A stretch of DNA of 37,040 nucleotides from a virus (Duplodnaviria; Caudoviricetes), in the IMG/VR virus record IMGVR_UViG_3300028585_000526, positions 1 to 37,040 of that record. The stretch is one strand, 5' to 3'. Made by a program: the position numbers and the translations under genes. The notes beneath the pieces were generated by a model, which saw only the letters and a list, made by a program, of their open reading frames with translations, was not told where the DNA came from and ran no database searches. This document shows, piece after piece, positions 28,415-36,175 of the stretch. Numbering within the stretch: position 1 is the stretch's first letter; every line of letters begins with the position of its first letter.

Positions 28415-29010
28415 GCCGTCATTCCTTCGCTGCTGTCCGTCCGAGCCGCAATCAGCGCCTCGCATAGCTTTTCATCCCGATGCCACCCATCGAGCCATTC
28501 TGCGTCGGCAGGGTTGGCACGGTTCACCGCGTTCCACTCGCGCACCCGCTCCAACCGCCGCTTATTCTCCTCCGCTTCGTTCCGAAGCATGCTGATCACA
28601 TACTTGCCGGGGGGCGGGCCGAACTTCAGGGCGCACCGATACAATTCGACCAGCCACCCTTCGTCCCGTGCCTGCCGCCCCATGGCCGACTGGATCAGCG
28701 ACGTGGCATAGGTGTGTTCACGCGGTGGGGGCGGTAGGATCGCATAGGCCCACTTCTCGATCATCACGAAGTCCGGCCATTGCGCCCCGGACTTGCCAAC
28801 CACCGCATGCCGCACGATCAGGTCACGCATTCCCGCCAGCTGCTGACGCGGCAGATAGGCCAGCCGATCCGCCAGCCGCCCAAGCCACTTTTCGTAATCG
28901 TCCGCGTTCGTGCCCTTGGGGCGCTTCATGCCGTCCCGCACCAGCGGCTCTATCAACACCGCCTTCACCAAGGCGCGTCCGGTCGGTTCAACGTGATCCG
29001 TCATCGTCAT
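28411..29010 (-). CDS. Hypothetical replication-module protein
   Basis: 199-aa ORF downstream of the origin-like region. Confidence 0.75.
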   Translation of the reverse strand: MTMTDHVEPTGRALVKAVLIEPLVRDGMKRPKGTNADDYEKWLGRLADRLAYLPRQQLAGMRDLIVRHAVVGKSGAQWPDFVMIEKWAYAILPPPPREHTYATSLIQSAMGRQARDEGWLVELYRCALKFGPPPGKYVISMLRNEAEENKRRLERVREWNAVNRANPADAEWLDGWHRDEKLCEALIAARTDSSEGMTA

Positions 29011-29013
29011 CCC

Positions 29014-29187
29014 CTATTCCCCAGCAAGCCGACTTATCCACAGGCACCGACCGGCGAACTGTTCTGGCGGCGTAAGATGTTCTTTCCGTATCCTGTTCTT
29101 TCCTATGGCCAGAACAGTTCCGATCTGTTCCAGAACGTTCCGGAACAGTGGGGAACTGTTCCAAGAACAGTTGTTTGCGTTTCCCAT
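29014..29187 (-). CDS. Possible 57-aa ORF spanning the origin repeats
   Basis: ATG overlaps the stop of 29187..29816 (TGATG); ends 3 nt before the next start. Confidence 0.35.
   Translation of the reverse strand: MGNANNCSWNSSPLFRNVLEQIGTVLAIGKNRIRKEHLTPPEQFAGRCLWISRLAGE
29034..29172. promoter_or_regulatory. Putative phage replication origin: DnaA box plus GAAC/GTTC iterons
   Basis: TTATCCACA at 29034-29042; GTTC at 29117/29127/29137; GAAC at 29133/29143/29153; near-perfect 24-bp palindrome at 29125-29148. Confidence 0.7.
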
Positions 29188-29816
29188 CAGCCGCTTACCG
29201 ATCTGACCAGCCACTTTTGCGCGGCGGCATGCATCATCGCCCGTTCGTAGGACGCCTTCGTGCGCTTGCCGGTGACGTTATCCAACAGCCAAGCGTCAAG
29301 CCGCTGGATCAGAACCTCATCGCCCACCACGGTGCGGTCGCAGCCCAGATCGATCAGACCCTCGCGGATCCGCTTCAGGCGCTGATAGATCGCTTTCTCA
29401 TCGTTGCTCTTGGCCCGCAGATGCCGACCCTCGACCGTCTCCATCGCGATCTTCGTCACGACAGGGTGGCCAAGCCGGAAGCGATTCCCCACGCGCACGC
29501 GAGTCCACTTGTGCAGCGGCCCCATGGCGCGGCTGCGCAGTTCCTTCCAGCGGCCAAGGTCGAGGCGGAGCATCAGCGCCAGTTCCTCATCGTCATCCGG
29601 CAATGTTCCGATGGGGCGCTGCTTCTGGGCAAGGAAGATCAGGTTCAGGTGATACCAGCCAACCTCTGGCCCCATCTTCAAAAAGGTCGCGCTGTTCAGC
29701 CAGCGGTCATGGTCGAACATGACGAAGCGGTGGCCTTTGACATCCTCATCCTCGGGGATGGGGTATTGCTCGATCTGGTCGGCATCGACAGGCGAAAGGT
29801 GGAAGGCCGCACTCAT
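29187..29816 (-). CDS. Putative replication initiator (DUF1376/YdaU-like)
   Basis: RWLNS, GTLPDDDEELA..L motifs; adjacent iterons. Confidence 0.7.
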   Translation of the reverse strand: MSAAFHLSPVDADQIEQYPIPEDEDVKGHRFVMFDHDRWLNSATFLKMGPEVGWYHLNLIFLAQKQRPIGTLPDDDEELALMLRLDLGRWKELRSRAMGPLHKWTRVRVGNRFRLGHPVVTKIAMETVEGRHLRAKSNDEKAIYQRLKRIREGLIDLGCDRTVVGDEVLIQRLDAWLLDNVTGKRTKASYERAMMHAAAQKWLVRSVSG

Positions 29817-30070
29817 ACCGCACCGCCTTCCAATGCGTCGCGGAACGCCAGCGCCTTCGGCCCCGGCTCCATCCGATAGACGATGACCCCGGCCACCAGA
29901 ACGGGGGTGGTCATCAGGTATTCGTCGGGATCACTGCAGAACCGCATATCCTGTTCGAACTTCGTCCGCCGCTGCGCCCCATCCGGCAGATGTTGCACAA
30001 GGGCGTCGATCTGCTTCACGAAGTCCAGCCACGGCGCAGGGTCGCGCCCGTAATCGACAATCACGCTCAA
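29813..30070 (-). CDS. Hypothetical protein
   Basis: 85 aa, 4-nt overlaps with both neighbours. Confidence 0.7.
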   Translation of the reverse strand: MSVIVDYGRDPAPWLDFVKQIDALVQHLPDGAQRRTKFEQDMRFCSDPDEYLMTTPVLVAGVIVYRMEPGPKALAFRDALEGGAV

Positions 30071-30483
30071 CGCTTCGCCTCCAAGGTATCGACCAGCTGT
30101 TCCGACTTCGTGATGACGTCGCGCAGTTCCTTCACCGCCTTCGCCCTGTCCTTCGACGTCCGCGCCTTGATGACCGCCGATACGGCCTCCCCGGTTTCCT
30201 CCGAAAGGTCCGCCGCGCCGGTCAGCAGGCAGGGCAGTTCGTCATCCTCATCGGCCATCGAATTGAACCAGGCGAAGACGGGCCGTTCGCCCGCCGCTTC
30301 TTGCAGCGCGATCACGTCCGTGACGGACCAGTCCAGTTGCCCCGCCTTCTTCTTGGTCAGCGTCCCCTTGGACACTGGATGGCCCCAGCGGGCCTGAATG
30401 ATGGCGCAGGCAGCTTCATATCCGCCGCACCGGCTGATAAGGCTCGACATGAAAGCCGACAGAATATTGCGTTCATCAGGCAT
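30067..30483 (-). CDS. CII-like phage regulatory protein
   Basis: AAGGAGG RBS; N-terminal HTH-like GGYEAAC..VSKGTLTKK; helical C-terminus; downstream of cro. Confidence 0.55.
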   Translation of the reverse strand: MPDERNILSAFMSSLISRCGGYEAACAIIQARWGHPVSKGTLTKKKAGQLDWSVTDVIALQEAAGERPVFAWFNSMADEDDELPCLLTGAADLSEETGEAVSAVIKARTSKDRAKAVKELRDVITKSEQLVDTLEAKR

Positions 30484-30563
30484 TCAGCCCTCCTTCAATT
30501 CAAGGTTGCGGAATGGGCCACACGCGGGAACAGTGTTCCCGATGATATGCCCAAGGACTCGAG

Positions 30564-31541
30564 ATGCGATTTCTGAAACGCTTGTTCGGACTTTCCGAAC
30601 GCACTCCTACCGCCGATCCGCCCGACATTGCAGAAGCCCCTCCGGCCTATACGAGCCTCCGGCCCGCCTATGTGCCGCCCGATGGCAATTACCGGTTCAT
30701 CGCACTCGACGTTGAAACCGCAAACAAATGGCACGGCAGCATTTGCCAGATCGGTCTTGCAACGGTGGACGCACACGGTCGAATGCAGACCTACAGCACC
30801 TTCATCAACCCGATGGATGATTTCGACGAATTCAACATCCAGCTTCACGGCATCGATGCCGCGACCGTTAGGAATGCGCCGACTTTTGCCACGGCAATGC
30901 GCCATCTGGCCAACGTACTGCGACGACAGCCGATCATTTCCCATAGCAGCTTCGACCCAAAGGCCATGACCGCTGCATCCGATAGCGCTTTGCTTGATCT
31001 GCCCCATTTTCACTGGATCGACAGCGTTAAGTTGGCGCAGGCCGCATGGCCCGAGTTCAAGGGGGATGGCGGTGGGCATGGATTGGCCAACCTGAAAAAC
31101 AAGCTCAATCTCGTTTTCAACCATCACGACGCAGGCGAAGATGCGCGTGCCGCCGCGCAGGTCACGCTGCTTGCCGAAAAGGTCACTGGTCGGACATTTG
31201 ATACGCCTGTCCCACGCCCCGTCGGCAAAACCTATCCGAAGGCCGTGGCGGTTGCGGGTGATCCGAACGGACGCCATGCCGCGCATATCGTCGTGTTCAC
31301 GGGCGCGATGCAGATGACGCGTGAGGACGCTGCCCTTCTGGCGTCCGGATGCGGCATGACTGTCAAAACAACCGTGACCTTGAAAACCACGATTCTTGTC
31401 GTGGGTGATCAGGATTTGACCGTTCTTGCCGGACACAGCAAAAGTTCCAAACACCGGAAGGCCGAAACTCTGATTACCGAAGGAAAGGCGATTCAGATCA
31501 TCGGTGAAACAGATTTTATGCAGATGGTCCGGGAGGTATGA
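30564..31541 (+). CDS. DEDDh 3'-5' exonuclease (Pol III epsilon-like) fused to a BRCT domain
   Basis: LDVETAN, ICQIG, SFD, HHDAGEDA; BRCT IVVFTG..MTREDA..VTLKTTILVVG..AETL..IIGETDF. Confidence 0.92.
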   Translation: MRFLKRLFGLSERTPTADPPDIAEAPPAYTSLRPAYVPPDGNYRFIALDVETANKWHGSICQIGLATVDAHGRMQTYSTFINPMDDFDEFNIQLHGIDAATVRNAPTFATAMRHLANVLRRQPIISHSSFDPKAMTAASDSALLDLPHFHWIDSVKLAQAAWPEFKGDGGGHGLANLKNKLNLVFNHHDAGEDARAAAQVTLLAEKVTGRTFDTPVPRPVGKTYPKAVAVAGDPNGRHAAHIVVFTGAMQMTREDAALLASGCGMTVKTTVTLKTTILVVGDQDLTVLAGHSKSSKHRKAETLITEGKAIQIIGETDFMQMVREV

Positions 31542-31645
31542 GCCAAGGCATCCTGCGGAAACCTCGTTTTCTTGGGTATGGCGTACCAATGCTGCATATC
31601 GGCAGCATGACGAGTGCAATGAGTAATCAGTGGGGCGGGGAGCCG

Positions 31646-31873
31646 TCATGGCGTGGTGGCCTCCCGCTTTTCTTCGGGCGGAAGGGGAAAAAAATCCTCC
31701 CTTCCGAGTGTGAGGCCGCGCATGTTCGCCGCCGTCAGAACAGGCCATTTGTGATCATCGGGGATAGACCCCCGATCTTTCCACGACTGTACAGTCGAGA
31801 CAGGCTTCTGGATGGTTCGTGCCATTGGCCGAACACCTCCAAATGCTGCGATGATCTTTGTGACATACGACAT
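31646..31873 (-). CDS. cro: Cro-like repressor
   Basis: IIAAFGGVRPMARTIQKPVSTVQSWKDRGSIP HTH; divergent from cI. Confidence 0.85.
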   Translation of the reverse strand: MSYVTKIIAAFGGVRPMARTIQKPVSTVQSWKDRGSIPDDHKWPVLTAANMRGLTLGREDFFPLPPEEKREATTP

Positions 31874-31924
31874 GCGGACATATGTCCGTTTTTTGCGAAC
31901 ACTTGGCAAGTGCAAAATGCGGAC
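31863..31924. promoter_or_regulatory. OR-like operator cluster
   Basis: GTCCGTTTTTTGCGAAC (31884-31900), AAGTGCAAAATGCGGAC (31908-31924) and a TGCGGAC half-site ending at 31879. Confidence 0.7.
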
Positions 31925-31959
31925 GGACAGCTATGGGCATGATGTGGCAACACGGCAGT

Positions 31960-32646
31960 ATGAAAGAAGTCAGCCCCGCCGCCCATCAATTGAAGCTCTT
32001 ACGGGAGCGTGCAGCCGTTTCAACACGCGAAATGGCTGGCCAACTTGGCATGAAGCTTTCCAGCTATATTCATTACGAGGATCGCTACAAAAAGCCATAT
32101 CTGGCAGTGGACTTTGCTGAACGTATAGCAAGCATTCTTGAGATAAAGGGAATTTCAAGGGAGGATGTCATGCGCTTGGCGGGTGTCGAAACGACAGGGA
32201 CAACCCTTGTTCCTAGCGATGACACCCTCACCGGCAATCCTAGCCTCGTGCCAGTATATGACGTTCAAGCAAGTGCTGGGCACGGGTCGGTTGTGGAATA
32301 TGAGCCTGTCGTCGCTCACTTAGCACTATCGCAAGATTACATGCGCGACGTGATTGGAGCCAGCGACAAGGATCTGAAGGTGATCAAGGTGCAGGGTCAT
32401 AGTATGGAACCGACCCTGAATGATGACGACCTTGTTATGATTGATATATCCAAGCGAGACCTGAGCTATGACGGGTTGTTCGTCATCCGCTTCGGGGATT
32501 CCCTACAGGTCAAACGGATCGGTCGCTCCCCCCTACAAGGGCATGTTGAGATGATTTCAGACAACCCGCAATTTGGACGCAGAGATTGGCCTATCGAACA
32601 GATGGTGCCAGTAGGTCGTGTGCTTTGGGTAGGCAAAAAAGTTTAA
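31960..32646 (+). CDS. cI: CI-like repressor (HTH plus S24 autopeptidase)
   Basis: N-terminal HTH; ASAG cleavage site, GHSMEP Ser, VKRI Lys; exact start uncertain. Confidence 0.93.
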   Translation: MKEVSPAAHQLKLLRERAAVSTREMAGQLGMKLSSYIHYEDRYKKPYLAVDFAERIASILEIKGISREDVMRLAGVETTGTTLVPSDDTLTGNPSLVPVYDVQASAGHGSVVEYEPVVAHLALSQDYMRDVIGASDKDLKVIKVQGHSMEPTLNDDDLVMIDISKRDLSYDGLFVIRFGDSLQVKRIGRSPLQGHVEMISDNPQFGRRDWPIEQMVPVGRVLWVGKKV

Positions 32647-32663
32647 ACGCGATTCGCCTTTCT

Positions 32664-32724
32664 AATCGCTTTAAGCGAACGCGTCCGCAAAAAGCGTTTG
32701 CCTAACCGTTCGCACTATGCGAAC
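32664..32724 (+). promoter_or_regulatory. OL-like operator cluster and pL-like promoter
   Basis: AATCGCTTTAAGCGAAC, GTCCGCAAAAAGCGTTT and palindromic GTTCGCACTATGCGAAC (32708-32724). Confidence 0.75.
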
Positions 32725-32756
32725 ACTCCTCCATCGTATCCCCGATGGAGGCCTTT

Positions 32757-32981
32757 ATGCCGTGCATCCCCGACCACCCGACGCCAGCCGTCGCAACCAC
32801 CCTGCCCCTGCCGCGAATTAACCCCCGCGCCGCCCTGCGCTTTGCCGTAGGCTTCACGCTGTTCCTGATCCTGTTCGCCTGCGCGGCCATCGTTGGCCTG
32901 TTCATCGGGCACATCTTGATGACGGCCCTCACCAACGTGCCCGTCACGCTCGACCAGGCGCAAGCATGGGGGGCGATGTGA
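32757..32981 (+). CDS. Small membrane protein
   Basis: GGAGG RBS before ATG 32757; long hydrophobic stretch. Confidence 0.65.
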   Translation: MPCIPDHPTPAVATTLPLPRINPRAALRFAVGFTLFLILFACAAIVGLFIGHILMTALTNVPVTLDQAQAWGAM

Positions 32982-34093
32982 TGGACGGCTCCGCGATCCT
33001 GAGCACCAGCACCCTGACGGTTGACGCGAACGAACTGCGCAACGCCATCGCCTTCGTCAGCCAAGCGGTGGAGCGACGCAACACGATCCCCGTGATCGGC
33101 ATGCTGCGCCTGATGACCGTGACCGGCCCGTCCGGACACGCCCTGCACCTGACCGGCACAGATCTGGACATCCAGCTTGAAACCACCATCCCCGCCGATC
33201 TGGTGGGGCCGGACCTGTCCACGACGCTTGCGCCGGCCCTGCTCTTGCAGCTGATCCGCCATTACGACGGGCCGGTCCTGTTTGAGATGGCCGAGGATCG
33301 CATCCTCCGCCTGACCGTGGGCGACATGAAGGCAGCGGTGCGCGAGGTCTGCCTTGCCACCGACTTCCCCGAGGGCATCGTCGGCCACGACTGGAAAGAC
33401 GTTGACCAGATCCCGCAGGCTCAGCTGCACAAGCTGCTGACGGCGGTCACCCCATGCATCTCGACCGAGGCAACGCGCTACTATCTGAACGGCATTTACC
33501 TGCACACCTGCGAAGGCAAGCTGCGGGGCGTGGCGACGGATGGGGCGCGGCTGGCGGTGTATGACACCGACACGGCATGGCCCTCGCGCTTCAAGGCGAT
33601 CTTCCCCCACAAATCGGCCGCCATTCTGGCTCGTCGCATGACCGGCTCTAATCAGGCCGTGACCATATCCGCCCACTACGACAAGGACGACGTCCGGCGA
33701 CTGCTGGTCGAGGCGGACGGCTGGACGATGATGTCCAAGATCATCGACGGCACCTTCCCCGACTATCCCCGCGTCATCCCCCCGAAAGATGACACGATCA
33801 GCACCACGATCTCCCACGCAGCGATCCGCCGCTTTCCCGTCTTGGAGCGGAGCATGTGCGTGACGATCCACCCCGACGCCGGGGCGATGTCGGTCACATC
33901 GCCCGACGGAATCACCGTGGAGATGCCCGTGACGGGACAGGGTGGCCCTTTCGGCTTCAACCTCCGCTTCCTACTGGACTTCGCGAAGCGCACGACCGCC
34001 CTACGGATCGAGGGACAAGGCGCAGGTGCCCCCTTCCGCATCCTGACCGACGACCCGAACCTTCTGCAGGTTCTCATGCCGATGCGGGTGTGA
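32981..34093 (+). CDS. dnaN: DNA polymerase III beta sliding clamp homologue
   Basis: VERRNTIPVI, TGTDLDI, STEATRYYLNGIYL, VATDG.RL, SKIIDGTFPDYPRVIP, GFNLRFLLD, VLMPMRV. Confidence 0.93.
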   Translation: MDGSAILSTSTLTVDANELRNAIAFVSQAVERRNTIPVIGMLRLMTVTGPSGHALHLTGTDLDIQLETTIPADLVGPDLSTTLAPALLLQLIRHYDGPVLFEMAEDRILRLTVGDMKAAVREVCLATDFPEGIVGHDWKDVDQIPQAQLHKLLTAVTPCISTEATRYYLNGIYLHTCEGKLRGVATDGARLAVYDTDTAWPSRFKAIFPHKSAAILARRMTGSNQAVTISAHYDKDDVRRLLVEADGWTMMSKIIDGTFPDYPRVIPPKDDTISTTISHAAIRRFPVLERSMCVTIHPDAGAMSVTSPDGITVEMPVTGQGGPFGFNLRFLLDFAKRTTALRIEGQGAGAPFRILTDDPNLLQVLMPMRV

Positions 34094-34095
34094 CG

Positions 34096-34470
34096 ATGGA
34101 CGGCAGCACCATGTTCCCGCCCGAGGACGAACCTAACCGCCCCGCCACCGGCCAGACCGATACCGACAAGGCCATGCGCAAGGGGCGCATACCCATGCGC
34201 GAGACGGAGGCCGACAGGAAGGTCGCGACCGACGTCTACAACGTCACCGCCGACGAACTGCGCCAGTTCATCGAACGCTTCGAGCAGCTGGAAAGCGAAA
34301 AGAAGGACGTGAACGAACAGCAGAAGGAGCTGATGGCCGAGGCCAAAGGCCGGGGCTACGACACCAAGGTGATGAAGAAAGTCATCGTCCTGCGCCGCCG
34401 CAAGCCCGACGAGATCGCCGAAGAGGAGGCGCTCATGGACATGTATAAAGCCGCAATGGGGATGCAGTGA
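34096..34470 (+). CDS. gapR: GapR / DUF2312 DNA-binding protein homologue
   Basis: ADELRQFIERFEQLESEKK...AEAKGRGYDTKVMKKVIVLR...EEEALMDMY. Confidence 0.9.
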   Translation: MDGSTMFPPEDEPNRPATGQTDTDKAMRKGRIPMRETEADRKVATDVYNVTADELRQFIERFEQLESEKKDVNEQQKELMAEAKGRGYDTKVMKKVIVLRRRKPDEIAEEEALMDMYKAAMGMQ

Positions 34471-35114
34471 TGGACCTCACACACCAACCAGCCACTGCGT
34501 TCCTGATCGTGAAGCGCGACCTCTACTACAAGCCGAACGCACGGGGCTATACCGGCATCAAAGACAACGCGGGCCGCTACACGCTGGACGAGGTCGCGGC
34601 GCTGTTCCCCAACCGCGACAGCGGCCAGCAGGACGGCATCAGCTTCATCCCCGAAGACGAGGCTCCCGACTATTCGCCCGCCTGCTTCCACGACGTGAAG
34701 GCCGACCATCTGGAAGGCAAGGTCCGCGATCTGACGGCGAAGCTGGCGGTAGCGACGGCCCAGCCCGAGATGATCGGCATCTTGAAGTTGCCGGGCCTTC
34801 TGACCCGTGCCGAGGCTTACGAAGCCATGCGCGAGTGGCCAACGCCCCACCCCGACGATCTGGCCGTGGACGCCTTCGCCGCCGCCATGAAGGCCAAGCT
34901 GGCCCGCAAGCGGGCGCAGGGCTATGGCGGATGGGACAGCCCCACCGACTGCACCGAGGCGGAACTGTCGAACCTGCTCCGCGACCACGTCGAAAAGGGT
35001 GACCCGCTGGACGTGGGAAACTTCGCCATGATGCTGCACCAGCGTGGCGAGCGGATCACCGGCAGGGCCGAGACGCGCCTCGGACCGCCCCTTTCCAGCG
35101 GGCGGGTGACGTGA
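34467..35114 (+). CDS. Two-domain phage hypothetical protein
   Basis: YYKPNARGYTG N-domain; FAAAMKAKL..KR..G..GW..HVEKGDPLDVGNFAMML C-domain. Confidence 0.75.
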   Translation: MMDLTHQPATAFLIVKRDLYYKPNARGYTGIKDNAGRYTLDEVAALFPNRDSGQQDGISFIPEDEAPDYSPACFHDVKADHLEGKVRDLTAKLAVATAQPEMIGILKLPGLLTRAEAYEAMREWPTPHPDDLAVDAFAAAMKAKLARKRAQGYGGWDSPTDCTEAELSNLLRDHVEKGDPLDVGNFAMMLHQRGERITGRAETRLGPPLSSGRVT

Positions 35115-35254
35115 TGTCTGATCAAGGCCCCAGCTGGCCCGTCGCCATCGCCATCGCATTGCTGATCGCTGCCGCCCTGATGCTGACGATCACTTGGGCG
35201 CTGGATGTCCCCGCATCCCACATCTTCGGAGGCTTCGATGCCCTCGCTCGTTGA
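35114..35254 (+). CDS. 46-aa single-TM protein not in the ORF track
   Basis: MSDQGPSWPVAIAIALLIAAALMLTITWALD...; TGATG coupling. Confidence 0.6.
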   Translation: MSDQGPSWPVAIAIALLIAAALMLTITWALDVPASHIFGGFDALAR

Positions 35255-35549
35255 CGACGACCAGTTGCGCCAGATGTGGCGCAACAACAAGCATGCGTCC
35301 CTGATCGCGGAAACGATGGGGCTGTCCATCACGACGGTGACCCGCCGCGCACGGGCGCTTGGCTTGCCCATCCGCCTCCCCTCGATGACCGCATCCACAA
35401 GGATCATCCTGCCGCCCGTTACCCCGAGGCCGCCGCCCGCCCCGAAGCCGATCAGCGGCTATGACCGCATCGCGCAGATCGCCGCCGAGCGAAACGTCAC
35501 CTTCACTGCTGCGACCCAGCAATATCACCGCGAAAGGGCCACCCAATGA
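35238..35549 (+). CDS. HTH protein resembling the GcrA N-terminal domain
   Basis: DQLRQMW....ASLIAETMG.S...V.RRARALGL followed by a Pro-rich linker; GGAGG RBS. Confidence 0.6.
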   Translation: MPSLVDDDQLRQMWRNNKHASLIAETMGLSITTVTRRARALGLPIRLPSMTASTRIILPPVTPRPPPAPKPISGYDRIAQIAAERNVTFTAATQQYHRERATQ

Positions 35550-35641
35550 GCCTCAAGTTCCCACTCAAAAGCGGCTGGTGGATCATCCCCTTTGCAGGGC
35601 TTGGCACAGTCGTCTGGTGCCTGATTTTGGGGGTGGTGTGA
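35546..35641 (+). CDS. 31-aa single-TM protein not in the ORF track
   Basis: MSLKFPLKSGWWIIPFAGLGTVVWCLILGVV; start/stop overlaps on both sides. Confidence 0.55.
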   Translation: MSLKFPLKSGWWIIPFAGLGTVVWCLILGVV

Positions 35642-35901
35642 TGTCAGTCTTCGACCATCTCACAGTGAAGGTGGAACGCCTTGGCAACGGGTTCGTGGCG
35701 AACGTCTGGACCGAGGACGGCCAGCACTTCACCCACACCGGCAGGACGGGCCCTAGCGCCCTGTTCGGCGCGGGGCTGATGACACGCTCCGCCGAGGCCC
35801 GAACCGAACCGATGCTGAAGCAGTGCAAGGAATGCCGCGCTGCCCAAGGCATGAACCACGAGACATGGTGCCCCAGCGGGCCGGGAGCGATGTATGCCTG
35901 A
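35641..35901 (+). CDS. Hypothetical protein with C-terminal CxxC..H..C
   Basis: Start MSVFDHL coupled to the upstream stop. Confidence 0.6.
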   Translation: MSVFDHLTVKVERLGNGFVANVWTEDGQHFTHTGRTGPSALFGAGLMTRSAEARTEPMLKQCKECRAAQGMNHETWCPSGPGAMYA

Positions 35902-36175
35902 CCCGCAAGACTGGGCCGGGCCCCTCTTCTATCCGCCGGTCGGATCGGTCGCCGTTATGGGCAGCGGCACCCGCATCAAGGTCTGGCCATCCGAAAACGA
36001 TGACCCCGACAGCTTCACCGGCATCAACCTTTCGGACGGTGACGCCTCTTGCATGTGGGATCGCATCCAGATCGCCGCAATAGAAGCGCCGAGCGCCGCC
36101 GATCATCATCCGACAGAAGCCGCTATCGAGTTCATGTTCGACCTTACGCGCCAGCCGGAGGCAACTACCGAATGA
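35894..36175 (+). CDS. Hypothetical protein
   Basis: 93 aa, GGAG RBS, overlaps both neighbours. Confidence 0.65.
   Translation: MPDPQDWAGPLFYPPVGSVAVMGSGTRIKVWPSENDDPDSFTGINLSDGDASCMWDRIQIAAIEAPSAADHHPTEAAIEFMFDLTRQPEATTE

Noticed and set aside
24779-28711. Plus-strand ORFs 24779..25930 and 27596..28711
   Set aside because: Antisense to terL and to the late-regulator gene; no independent support
29112-29168. GTTC/GAAC repeats as LexA boxes or a CRISPR array
   Set aside because: Spacers are 6 or 8 nt rather than 7; there is no repeat-spacer structure and no cas genes; iterons explain them better
32702-33871. 389-aa minus-strand ORF
   Set aside because: Antisense shadow of dnaN
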